This document shows positions 9,491-19,122 of a stretch of DNA of 50,626 nt, in pieces. The DNA is taken from assembly GCA_021789865.1 (NCBI GenBank), contig JAJYIX010000002.1, positions 1 to 50,626 of the forward strand. The letters are read 5' to 3'. The stretch's first letter is position 1. Every line of letters starts with the position of its first letter. The position numbers were made by a program, and so were the translations under genes. Under the pieces are notes generated by a model. The model was given only the letters and a program-made list of their open reading frames with translations. It did no database searches and was not told the DNA's origin. Source of the DNA: a bacterium (GTDB lineage: Bacteria; Patescibacteriota; Microgenomatia; UBA1406; GWC2-37-13).

Positions 9491-9607
9491 ATGACCGAGG
9501 CAGAGCCTCTCTGATATCAACTTCAAATGAAGTCAATATCTTCTATGAAATCTTTTTGGGATTTCAAATAAGTGATTCCCACTTACTTCCGCAGCCATTA
9601 TATTTCC

Positions 9608-9964
9608 TCATTTTTTGTTTTGCAAGTGTTTTTTTATAATGCTGTCTATTTTCTCCTTTGCATCAGGTCCCAAATCCACACGAAGCCCGTCTTTAAATCC
9701 AAAAAATCGAATATATTTTTTGCCTTTCTTACGAGCTAAATCATACAATTGGTCCATCCCGGCAGGCATTATTAAATCACTTATCCGTCCGTATTCGCCA
9801 GGACTTTTTAAATTAGAATAAGCACGTCTTTCCTTACTTCCATGAACTGCCTTAACAAATTGCCTTCCGAAGGAATTTGGATTTCTTTTTTTTTGCGTAT
9901 GAAGCTGGATATCCGTTAAGATTATGTCCAAACAATCCTTCGGATCCGGTTTAAAGCTGTTCAT
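9608..9964 (-). CDS. Hypothetical protein
   Basis: 118-aa ORF, ATG 7 nt after TATAAT. Confidence 0.6.
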   Translation of the reverse strand: MNSFKPDPKDCLDIILTDIQLHTQKKRNPNSFGRQFVKAVHGSKERRAYSNLKSPGEYGRISDLIMPAGMDQLYDLARKKGKKYIRFFGFKDGLRVDLGPDAKEKIDSIIKKHLQNKK

Positions 9965-10058
9965 ATAATTAATTATAAGCCTTGAGATCTGGTTCTTTAT
10001 ACATTTTTGCTTTGGTTAATTGTTTCCTAATATCAAGAAATGGAGTAAAATAGAGCTT

Positions 10059-13000
10059 ATGGTAAGCTCCGACCTCACGTTTATTACAAATGAAAAAGAT
10101 AAAAGCCTTTTAGATAGATTCAAAGTACTTATCAAAGATACTCAATTTTTCGATGTTTTGGTCGGCTACTTTTATACAAGTGGATTCTACGCACTGTATA
10201 AATCGCTTGAAACTACTGAAAAGATAAGAATTTTAATTGGAATCAGTACAAATAAGGAGACAGTCGATTTGATAAAAGAAGCTCAACAACAGTTTCAGTT
10301 CTCTCACGCCGAGACAAAAAGACACTTTTCATCGATGATTGTTGATGAGATTACCCACTCCCGAGATAATCGTGAGGTTGAGGAAGGTATAAAAAAATTT
10401 ATGGAATGGTTGTTGTCCGGAAAGCTGGAAATAAAAGCCTACCCGACAGAAAATATACACGCAAAACTTTACATAATGACTTTTGCTGAGAGTGATAGAG
10501 ATATTGGTCGGATAATTACCGGTTCAAGCAATTTTACAAAAGCTGGAATGGTTGACAATCTTGAATTTAATGTTGAGCTTAAAAATCCCTCTGATTATGA
10601 ATTTGCTAAGCAAAAGTTTGATGAGCTTTGGTCTCAAGGCGTTGATGTAAAAGATACATATATAGACACGATTAAACAAAAAACATGGTTGAATAATGAC
10701 ATTAAACCTTATGAACTTTATCTAAAGTTTCTGTACGAGTATTTCAAAGATGAAATCAGTCAAAATGAAGATATTCTTTTCCAATTTGTACCTCATGGAT
10801 TTAAAAAATTAGAGTATCAAGAACAAGCAGCTTTAAACTCCAAAAAAATACTTGAAGAATACGGTGGAGTTTTTCTTTCTGATGTTGTTGGCCTTGGTAA
10901 AACATATATGGCGGCCTTACTCGCTAGTCAGATAGATGGACGAACTCTTGTTATTGCTCCTCCTGTACTTCTTGAAGAAAATAATCCCGGCTCATGGCCA
11001 AATGTATTTGAAGATTTTGGTATTCGGGCAGCTCATTTTGAATCAATAGGAAAACTAGAAAAGCTTATAGAAATGGGGGTCGAACGGTACAAAAATGTGA
11101 TTATAGATGAGGCTCATCGATTCAGAACCGAAACAAATGCGACTTATGAGAATCTAGCTGAGATTTGTCGTGGCAAGCGAGTCATTTTAGTCACTGCAAC
11201 ACCTTTTAACAATAGGCCAAAAGATATTTTAAGTCAAATTAAATTATTTCAAAATTCTAAGAAAAGTACTATACCCGGCTTGCCAAATCTTGAAGCATTT
11301 TTTGGCTCACTTGAGAATAAACTTAATGAAATTGATCGCCATAAAAATAGTAAATCGTATATTGAACAGGCAAGATTTAACGCGAAAGAGATTCGAGAGC
11401 GGGTGCTTAAATATCTAATGGTTCGAAGAACAAGAAAGGAAATTGAAACTTATTTTGCTAAAGATTTAAAAAAACAAGGATTGCATTTTCCAGAAGTGGT
11501 TGACCCGGAGCCAATATTTTACAAACTGACAGATGATGAAGACAAGATTTTTAACAAAACTATCGAGTTAATAGCAACAAAATTTTCATATGCTCGTTAT
11601 ACTCCAATGCTTTTTTATAAAGGGGATCAGATAAGCGCTTTTGAAAAGACTCAACAAAAAAACATGGGTAAGTTCATGAAAATACTACTGGTAAAACGTT
11701 TGGAAAGTAGTTTTTTCGCTTTCAAAAGTAGTATTCAGAGATTTATTTTTACTTATGAGTCATTCATCGAGCAATTTGACAAAGGATTTGTTTTTGTAAG
11801 TAAAAAATATTCCAACAAAGTGTTTGACTATCTTGAAGATGAGGATTTGGAAGCAGTTCAAAGGCTTATTGATGAAGAAAAAGTTGAACGATACGCTTCA
11901 AAAGATTTTGAATTAACTTATAAACAAAATCTTATTGATGACCTTGCCTGTCTAAGAGAGATAGCAAAACTCTGGAGCACCGTTCATAACGATCCGAAGC
12001 TAGATACCTTCGTTCAGGTTTTGTCTACGCAGAAAACATTAAAAGAAAACAAATTGATTATTTTTACCGAATCTAAAGAAACAGCTTCATATTTGACTAA
12101 ACAACTTCAAGAAAAGATACATATTCCAATACTTTTATTCTCCGGCCTCTCTAGTGCAGTTACCCGTGACGAAGTAATTAATAATTTCGATGCAAAGGCC
12201 CGAACGATTAAAGACGATTACAGAATATTGGTAACTACAGAGGTTTTATCAGAAGGAGTAAATCTGCATAGAGCTAACGTGGTCATCAATTACGATCTAC
12301 CATGGAACCCAACGAGGTTAATGCAGAGAGTGGGACGTATAAATAGAGTCGATACTAAATTTGACAAAATCTACACTTATAATTTTTTCCCGACTCAACA
12401 AGCAAATGATGAGCTTAGGTTAAAAGAAGCGGCCGAAGCTAAAATACACGCATTCATATCGCTTCTAGGAGCTGATGCAAGGTTGTTAACCGACGGAGAA
12501 GAAATAGAGTCACATGAACTTTTTAATCGCTTAATTTCTAAAAAAACGATATTAGGAGAAGACGATTCTGAAGAAAGTGTTCTTAAATATCTAGAAGTTA
12601 TTCGAAATATTAGAGATACCGATCCTGATTTGTTCAATAGAATTAAATTATTACCCAAAAAAGCCAGGACAGCTAAGAAATTTAATACCTCTAAAAATAG
12701 TCTTATAACCTATTTCCGAAAAGGGAAAATACAGAAATTTTACCTTGTAGAAAATGATAAATCGGAAGAGCTTGATTTTATGTCTGCGGCCAAAGTCATG
12801 GAATCAACCGAATTAACAAAAAAAGAAACGATAGAAGATGAATTCTATAAGCTATTAGAATTAAATAAAAAAACATTCGAATCGGCTACAGTTGAGGATA
12901 TTGAAATTCAAAGTACAAGAGGCGGTCGAGATTCTTCTTCACAATTGCTTAAAGATATAAAGGCCATAAAAGATACTCGTCAATTTACCGAAGAGCAAGA

Positions 13001-13238
13001 AGATTATTTGAGAAAATTAATCAGCCAATTAGAGGTAGGTGCTATACCTAAACAAACAGCCAAAACTACTTTAAATGAGCTTCGAAAAAGCTACACTGAT
13101 GAGTTTAACGGATTAAAGCTCTTGGCAATAATCCAGAAGAATATCCCGGCAAAATTCCTAGAAAGTCATTATGTTAGCTCTGTTGAAACACAATCAAGCA
13201 GGGAGGTTATATTATCAGAATTTTTGATTGGCAATTGA
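10059..13238 (+). CDS. PLD (HKD) nuclease - SNF2-type helicase fusion
   Basis: HAKLYI...GSSNFT PLD motif; DVVGLGKT, DEAH, TAT, SEGVNL, QRVGRINR helicase motifs; ATG 10059 follows TAAAAT. Confidence 0.9.
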   Translation: MVSSDLTFITNEKDKSLLDRFKVLIKDTQFFDVLVGYFYTSGFYALYKSLETTEKIRILIGISTNKETVDLIKEAQQQFQFSHAETKRHFSSMIVDEITHSRDNREVEEGIKKFMEWLLSGKLEIKAYPTENIHAKLYIMTFAESDRDIGRIITGSSNFTKAGMVDNLEFNVELKNPSDYEFAKQKFDELWSQGVDVKDTYIDTIKQKTWLNNDIKPYELYLKFLYEYFKDEISQNEDILFQFVPHGFKKLEYQEQAALNSKKILEEYGGVFLSDVVGLGKTYMAALLASQIDGRTLVIAPPVLLEENNPGSWPNVFEDFGIRAAHFESIGKLEKLIEMGVERYKNVIIDEAHRFRTETNATYENLAEICRGKRVILVTATPFNNRPKDILSQIKLFQNSKKSTIPGLPNLEAFFGSLENKLNEIDRHKNSKSYIEQARFNAKEIRERVLKYLMVRRTRKEIETYFAKDLKKQGLHFPEVVDPEPIFYKLTDDEDKIFNKTIELIATKFSYARYTPMLFYKGDQISAFEKTQQKNMGKFMKILLVKRLESSFFAFKSSIQRFIFTYESFIEQFDKGFVFVSKKYSNKVFDYLEDEDLEAVQRLIDEEKVERYASKDFELTYKQNLIDDLACLREIAKLWSTVHNDPKLDTFVQVLSTQKTLKENKLIIFTESKETASYLTKQLQEKIHIPILLFSGLSSAVTRDEVINNFDAKARTIKDDYRILVTTEVLSEGVNLHRANVVINYDLPWNPTRLMQRVGRINRVDTKFDKIYTYNFFPTQQANDELRLKEAAEAKIHAFISLLGADARLLTDGEEIESHELFNRLISKKTILGEDDSEESVLKYLEVIRNIRDTDPDLFNRIKLLPKKARTAKKFNTSKNSLITYFRKGKIQKFYLVENDKSEELDFMSAAKVMESTELTKKETIEDEFYKLLELNKKTFESATVEDIEIQSTRGGRDSSSQLLKDIKAIKDTRQFTEEQEDYLRKLISQLEVGAIPKQTAKTTLNELRKSYTDEFNGLKLLAIIQKNIPAKFLESHYVSSVETQSSREVILSEFLIGN

Positions 13239-13239
13239 A

Positions 13240-16200
13240 ATGAACAAAAATGAAGCAATTAACTTAATCAAGGATACTTTTGAAACATCTTTTTCAAAAG
13301 ATAAATTTATTTTATTTGCAAAAAACCTTCTTAATACTTACGACGAATCAAAAGCTTTTCACGCCCATGGATATGTCCTTGAAGTGTATAAAAATCACGT
13401 AAAAACGTACGAGCGACTTGGCACATATATTGATCCGGCTGGTAAAAAAATAGACATTTTAATTGTGTACCTTCAGAAAGAATCGAGCATAGAGAGAGCT
13501 CGAACGGCACAACGTAATTTTATTGCTCAATATCTAAAGGACCGAGGTGAAAAGGACGCCGGACTCATAGCTTTTGTATCTCCAAATCTAGATGACTGGA
13601 GATTCTCTTTTGTCAAAATGGAATATAAATTTGAAAAGACCGATAAAGGATTAATCAAAGCAAAAGAGAAGTTTACTCCTTCAAAGCGGTACTCATACCT
13701 TGTTGGTCCACACGAAGCAAGTCACACAGCTCAAAGTAGGATGTATCCAGTGATTCTGAACGATGAAATAAATCCAACACTTGAAGAAATTGAAGCCATT
13801 TTCAGCGTAGAAAAAGTCACCAAGGAATTTTTTGAAGAATATAAGCGATTATTTTTGAATCTTGCAGATGAATTCACCAAAAATATTGAGTTCAAAGCTC
13901 AGGTAGTCGAGGCAAATAAAGTCGAAGTGGCAGATTTTGTTAAAAAATTAATGGGACAAATCGTATTTTTGTACTTTCTTCAGAAAAAAGGTTGGCTGGG
14001 GGTAAAACCCGGAGAAAAATGGGGTGCAGGCGATAAGAGATTTATGCACAACCTTTTTGATAAACAGTATTGCGATTACAATAACTTTTATAACGATGTT
14101 CTTGAGCCTTTATTTTATGACACTCTCAACCGACGAGACAGAGGCAATAATGAAGTAATCAATGACCAGTCGTATAGTCCATATTTTAAGTGTCGCATAC
14201 CTTATTTGAATGGAGGCTTGTTTACTCCGGTATATGATTGGTCCAGGACAAAAATATTCATCGAAAATAAATACTTTAAAGACATTTTTGACGTATTTGA
14301 TACTTTCAATTTCACTGTTTATGAATCTGACCCTATAGAAAAAGAGGTTGCAGTTGATCCGGAAATGTTAGGTAAGGTTTTTGAAAACCTTCTTGAGATC
14401 CGGGATAGAAAAAGTAAAGGCGCTTTCTACACTCCCCGTGAAATTGTCCACTACATGTGCCAAGAAAGCTTGGTTAATTACTTGATTAGTCAAAGCGGAT
14501 TCCCAGAAGAGCGAATTCGTAACCTCATGAAAGTCAAAGACCAAGAAATAGCACGCACTGTAAAAGATAAGGAAAAGATAGAAAATATACCAGAACTTAA
14601 GGAAATGGCCATAAAAGTAAACGATTTGTTGAAAAAAGTGAAAATATGCGACCCCGCTGTTGGCTCCGGTGCTTTTCCAATGGGACTATTGAAGGAAATC
14701 TCAACGACTCGGTACTTTCTCAATAAACATTTTATAAAAGAGACAAATAAAAATGGGAATTTGTTGACTGAATACGACATTAAAAAAGCAACTCTTGAAA
14801 ATTGTATTTACGGAGTGGATATCGACCCCGGCGCTGTCGAAATTGCCCGGCTTCGCTTTTGGTTATCGCTGGTTGTTGAACACGAAATAGAAGAAATTGA
14901 ACCACTCCCGAACTTGGATTACAAAATCATGCAAGGAAATTCACTGATCGAGCTTTTATCTCCTAATCTCCTTTTTAAAACAACCGATGAAAACAGAAAC
15001 AAGCTTATCGACCATTTGACACAGGCAAAAACAGAGTATTTTAACCTCTCAGACTCTCTTGAAAAAGTCAGGAAGAGAGAGGAAATAAATCTACTGATCC
15101 GAGGCATTATTAATTATGATAAAGATAAGGAGAGGAAGACAATTTGGCAAAGAATTCTTGATAGGCGAAATCAGTTGGGATTGTTTGGAAATCAAAAACA
15201 AGAGAACCAATTAAATATCGGCGATGCTGCATCTGAAGAGACAAAGAAAGATTTAGAAAAAATGAGTGATATCTCAAATGTCTCAAATGCTGAGCATTTC
15301 GAGTGGCATCTAAATTTCAATGAAGTGTTCGATAAAGGTGGTTTCGACATCATAATAGCTAATCCACCATACATTAAAGAATATGTAAATCGATCGGCCT
15401 TTGACGGTTTGAGAAATTCTCCATACTACCAGGGAAAGATGGATCTCTGGTATTTGTTTGCATGCATTGGTATTGATTTAATAAAGGATGACTCTGGGGT
15501 TTTGGCGTATATTGCACAAAATAACTGGACTACAAGTTTTGGTGCTTCAAAAATGAGAAATAAAGTTATTAAAGACACTCAGATTTTGAGTCTAGTTGAT
15601 TTTGACGATTATAAGGTTTTTGAAGCTGGGATACAAACAATGGTGCTGATATTGAGAAAAAATAATGCTTTGGAAAAGTATATTTTTGATTTGAGAAGAT
15701 TAAATGGGACAAATTATATTGAAAATGATTTATTGGACCTTTTACAAAAGAAAGAAAATCCTAAAACAGAATATCTCAAGCCAACCATATCAAGAATTGA
15801 TTTTCTTAACAAGAAATTAACTTTTGCAAATGGCCAAGTAAAGAAAGTTTTAAATTCAATATTGAATAAAAAAAATTTTGAACTTGATTCTCAGAGAGAA
15901 GTTGCTCAAGGCATAGTCTACCCACAGGATAAACTCAATAGAACCAATTGTGAGAAGCTTGGGAAAAACCATACTGTTGGTGAGGGGATATTTGTGTTAA
16001 ACAGTTTTGAAAAAAATCAAATGGATTTAATTGATTCCGAGCTAGAAATACTTAAACCTGTATACACTACAAAAGAACTATATAGGTGGTACGGTAATAC
16101 TAAAAATGACGAATGGACAATTTACACAGGTTCAAATTTTAAAAATAAAGACAAGATAGTTGTGTATCCACACATTAAAAAACATCTTGATAAGTTTAAA

Positions 16201-16701
16201 GAGATTATAACTTCAGATAATAAACCATATGGCTTACATAGGGCTCGTGATGAAAATTTCTTTAAAGGAGAAAAAATTATTGCACTAAGGAAATCCCTTA
16301 AACCTACGTTTACATACGTGGATTTTGATTCTTATGTATCAGCTACATTTTATGTGATAAAGACTGACCGAATTAATCAGAAATTTTTGGTTGCTCTACT
16401 GAACTCAAGTCTAATAGCTTTCTGGTTAAGACATCGAGGGAAGATGCAAGGTAGTAACTATCAATTAGATAAGGAGCCAATATTAGACCTACCTATATTT
16501 AAACCATCAGAATCGAGTCAAACAGAGATAATTAAAATCGTTGATAAAATCATTGCGTTAATCAAATCTAAAAATAATTCTGATGACTTAAATATACAAA
16601 ATCGTTTGAGAGAATATGAAAAGCAAATTGATCAGATGGTTTATACGGTATACGATTTAGCACCGGATGAAATTCAAATTGTTGAAAAACAAAACAAATG
16701 A
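13240..16701 (+). CDS. Eco57I/type IIG-like N6-adenine DNA methyltransferase with TaqI-like target recognition domain
   Basis: YLNGGLF, GAFYTPREIV, DPAVGSGAF, IIANPPY, C-terminal LLNSSL...EKQIDQMVYTVYDL. Confidence 0.9.
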   Translation: MNKNEAINLIKDTFETSFSKDKFILFAKNLLNTYDESKAFHAHGYVLEVYKNHVKTYERLGTYIDPAGKKIDILIVYLQKESSIERARTAQRNFIAQYLKDRGEKDAGLIAFVSPNLDDWRFSFVKMEYKFEKTDKGLIKAKEKFTPSKRYSYLVGPHEASHTAQSRMYPVILNDEINPTLEEIEAIFSVEKVTKEFFEEYKRLFLNLADEFTKNIEFKAQVVEANKVEVADFVKKLMGQIVFLYFLQKKGWLGVKPGEKWGAGDKRFMHNLFDKQYCDYNNFYNDVLEPLFYDTLNRRDRGNNEVINDQSYSPYFKCRIPYLNGGLFTPVYDWSRTKIFIENKYFKDIFDVFDTFNFTVYESDPIEKEVAVDPEMLGKVFENLLEIRDRKSKGAFYTPREIVHYMCQESLVNYLISQSGFPEERIRNLMKVKDQEIARTVKDKEKIENIPELKEMAIKVNDLLKKVKICDPAVGSGAFPMGLLKEISTTRYFLNKHFIKETNKNGNLLTEYDIKKATLENCIYGVDIDPGAVEIARLRFWLSLVVEHEIEEIEPLPNLDYKIMQGNSLIELLSPNLLFKTTDENRNKLIDHLTQAKTEYFNLSDSLEKVRKREEINLLIRGIINYDKDKERKTIWQRILDRRNQLGLFGNQKQENQLNIGDAASEETKKDLEKMSDISNVSNAEHFEWHLNFNEVFDKGGFDIIIANPPYIKEYVNRSAFDGLRNSPYYQGKMDLWYLFACIGIDLIKDDSGVLAYIAQNNWTTSFGASKMRNKVIKDTQILSLVDFDDYKVFEAGIQTMVLILRKNNALEKYIFDLRRLNGTNYIENDLLDLLQKKENPKTEYLKPTISRIDFLNKKLTFANGQVKKVLNSILNKKNFELDSQREVAQGIVYPQDKLNRTNCEKLGKNHTVGEGIFVLNSFEKNQMDLIDSELEILKPVYTTKELYRWYGNTKNDEWTIYTGSNFKNKDKIVVYPHIKKHLDKFKEIITSDNKPYGLHRARDENFFKGEKIIALRKSLKPTFTYVDFDSYVSATFYVIKTDRINQKFLVALLNSSLIAFWLRHRGKMQGSNYQLDKEPILDLPIFKPSESSQTEIIKIVDKIIALIKSKNNSDDLNIQNRLREYEKQIDQMVYTVYDLAPDEIQIVEKQNK

Positions 16702-17813
16702 AAAACGTCATGAAACTTAGAATCGGAAAAACTAAGAATATCATTGAGAGTTCAATTGATTCCGCATTACCTGCTGTCGAAATTTACAACAAACCAAGAG
16801 CCACTTTTAGAAGAGAAGGGTTTATAACCCTAATGATTATTGCATGGACAAAATTATTTCACGCATATTTTAATCATGAGATCGGAAGTAAATATTTCTA
16901 TAAGGAGAAAAATAAGAGATATACCAAAGTTGATGGGGAAAGAAAAGCTTGGGAGTTAAAAACATGTTTGTCAAAATTTAAGGAAAGAAATACCTCAATA
17001 ATTACACAGGCAATAGAAGCGAATTTAATTTTTTTTGTAGGTTTAAGAAATAAAATCGAGCATAGACATGTCACAAAAAGTGAACTAGATAGTTTGGTGT
17101 TTGGCGAGTGTCAATCACTTTTATACAATTTTGAAAATGTTTTAGTGAAATTATTCGGAGAAAATTATGCGTTAAATGAGAATCTAGTTTATGCTCTTCA
17201 ATTCTCAAAATTAAGAACTAAGGAGCAACAACAAGCCAATAAAAATATTTTATCCAAAGAAGTTACAGAAATACGAAAATATATCGATGATTATCGGTCG
17301 TCATTAACTGACGATGTGTTTAACTCTCAAGAATATAGTATTAAGTTAATCCAAATTCCTAAAATATCGAACACAAATAGAGGTGACGCAGCAATCGAAT
17401 TTGTTAGATGGGACCAGTTAAGTCAAAAAGATAAAGAAAATTACAATAAAATTACCGCAATAATCAAAGATAAAGTCATAAAAAAAGAGGTTGTTAACGC
17501 AGGCAAGCTAAAAGCTGGAGATGTTTTAAAAGCAGCAAACAATAAGCTTAAATCACCCATTAATCATCACGACCATAAATGTTTATACTATACTTTTTCG
17601 ATTAGACCTACAAAAGACGAACAAAAAGATAGGTTTGATACTAATGTGGATTATTGTCATTATGATGAACCTCATAATGACTATGTTTATAAGGATTCGT
17701 GGGTAGATTTTATTGTTTCTGCTCTAAATGAAGGTAGAATTTCAAAATCTGACATAAGAATTTTTTATAAAAAGAGAATGAAAAAGGACATCAATGAATA
17801 TATAAAAAAATGA
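16698..17813 (+). CDS. DUF3644 domain protein (HEPN-like)
   Basis: AVEIYNKP...R.EGFITLMIIAW, WELKTCL, LRNKIEH (Rx4H); ATGA overlap with the MTase. Confidence 0.8.
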   Translation: MKNVMKLRIGKTKNIIESSIDSALPAVEIYNKPRATFRREGFITLMIIAWTKLFHAYFNHEIGSKYFYKEKNKRYTKVDGERKAWELKTCLSKFKERNTSIITQAIEANLIFFVGLRNKIEHRHVTKSELDSLVFGECQSLLYNFENVLVKLFGENYALNENLVYALQFSKLRTKEQQQANKNILSKEVTEIRKYIDDYRSSLTDDVFNSQEYSIKLIQIPKISNTNRGDAAIEFVRWDQLSQKDKENYNKITAIIKDKVIKKEVVNAGKLKAGDVLKAANNKLKSPINHHDHKCLYYTFSIRPTKDEQKDRFDTNVDYCHYDEPHNDYVYKDSWVDFIVSALNEGRISKSDIRIFYKKRMKKDINEYIKK

Positions 17814-18036
17814 ATTACTCCGAATCTGTTATATTACTCTTCAGTGATCTCCGGACTCTTATCCGGAGAAATAAAGATTATAAGGAAAAAAATCACGACT
17901 ACAAGTTGAAAAAAAGCCCATATTCCACCCAGATTTGTAGTTCAAAATACTAGAAATTTTCGAGTTTGTTTTGAGTGTGGGACGACGGAAAGATGCATTA
18001 GTTGACATTAATTTAGCTTTTTATGACAATGGTGTT

Positions 18037-18579
18037 ATGAACGACAACGATAAAAAACTTGAAGAAATCCTTGAAAAACTTAATATTATAGAAAAAAGAG
18101 TTTCTGATATTGAGTCAAATGTCTGGATTATTGCAAAATTTCAGGAATCTCCAAATTCTCTTGATCCTTTAATCAGCGAAGTTATTAAATTCCTATCCAA
18201 AATTGATTCCGTTGATGCCGCAGACTTGCAAAGAAAGTTCAATATCGGATATGCTCGCGCTGCCAGGATTCTAGATCAGTTGATCCAGAATGATTATCTT
18301 GAAGATATTGGAGACCATAATAATAAAAGAAAAATTATTAAAAAGAATCTGGATGCCTTAAAAAGTAAAAATGGAGAATATTTAAAAGACCCTCTATTTC
18401 CAAAAGCCGTTAAGATAATTAAATCCTATGAATCAGCATCAGCTTCCCTACTCCAAAGAAGGCTTATGATTGGTTATGCACGGGCAGCCCGTCTCCTTGA
18501 TCAAATGGAGGAAGAAGGTATCGTCGGTCCAGCAATAGGATCAAGGCCGAGAGAAGTTATTAAAAATAAAAAAAATTAA
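18037..18579 (+). CDS. Stand-alone protein with two FtsK-gamma winged-helix domains
   Basis: DPLISEV...LQRKFNIGYARAARILDQL and DPLFPKA...SASLLQRRLMIGYARAARLLDQMEEEGIVGPAIGSRPREV; promoter TTGACA-17-GACAAT at 18002-18030. Confidence 0.85.
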   Translation: MNDNDKKLEEILEKLNIIEKRVSDIESNVWIIAKFQESPNSLDPLISEVIKFLSKIDSVDAADLQRKFNIGYARAARILDQLIQNDYLEDIGDHNNKRKIIKKNLDALKSKNGEYLKDPLFPKAVKIIKSYESASASLLQRRLMIGYARAARLLDQMEEEGIVGPAIGSRPREVIKNKKN

Positions 18580-19091
18580 AGAAGTTTTTCAGGTACAAGT
18601 ACGTCAAATTTATCGTTTAGTCTCCTAAAATAAAATGTTGGGTATTTCTTAAGAAAAATTTCTTCAAGTTCTATCATTGTCTTATCCAGTTTCTTGGGCT
18701 TTTTCTCAAAATATCCGTGTAGGGTCGAAAAATATCTTCCCCATTCACCGGTATTTATTGTGGCGTATATACCTTCTTTATTTGCCAAATCGTTAAGATC
18801 ATTCATTAATTTTTTAACCTTAATGTTGTCTGCATGTATAAGAGATCCTTTATATAAAAGTGAGAAGGGGTAAAAACGAGTTATCCAAGTGATAAATTCG
18901 TGATATTTAGGTCCGGCTTTAGTAAAAAACCATCTTGCAATATACCATTTTGTACCCCAGAAGAAAAATTCTTTGTCGGATGCAGTTTTTTTAGGTTTTG
19001 GAGTATTAAACCATCGATAAAAAGTTCTAATGATGAAGTACCATATTCCCGGCTTCTGGAGATACTTCTGAAATGATTTATTATCGGACAT
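18576..19091 (-). CDS. Hypothetical protein
   Basis: Aromatic-rich ORF; ATG 19091 lies 7 nt after TATAAT. Confidence 0.55.
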   Translation of the reverse strand: MSDNKSFQKYLQKPGIWYFIIRTFYRWFNTPKPKKTASDKEFFFWGTKWYIARWFFTKAGPKYHEFITWITRFYPFSLLYKGSLIHADNIKVKKLMNDLNDLANKEGIYATINTGEWGRYFSTLHGYFEKKPKKLDKTMIELEEIFLKKYPTFYFRRLNDKFDVLVPEKLL

Positions 19092-19122
19092 ATAATAAAT
19101 TATAGCGCTTATAATTGAGTTC

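Noticed and set aside
10059-16701. Complete DISARM or BREX system
   Set aside because: No drmA/drmB, pglZ or brxC genes
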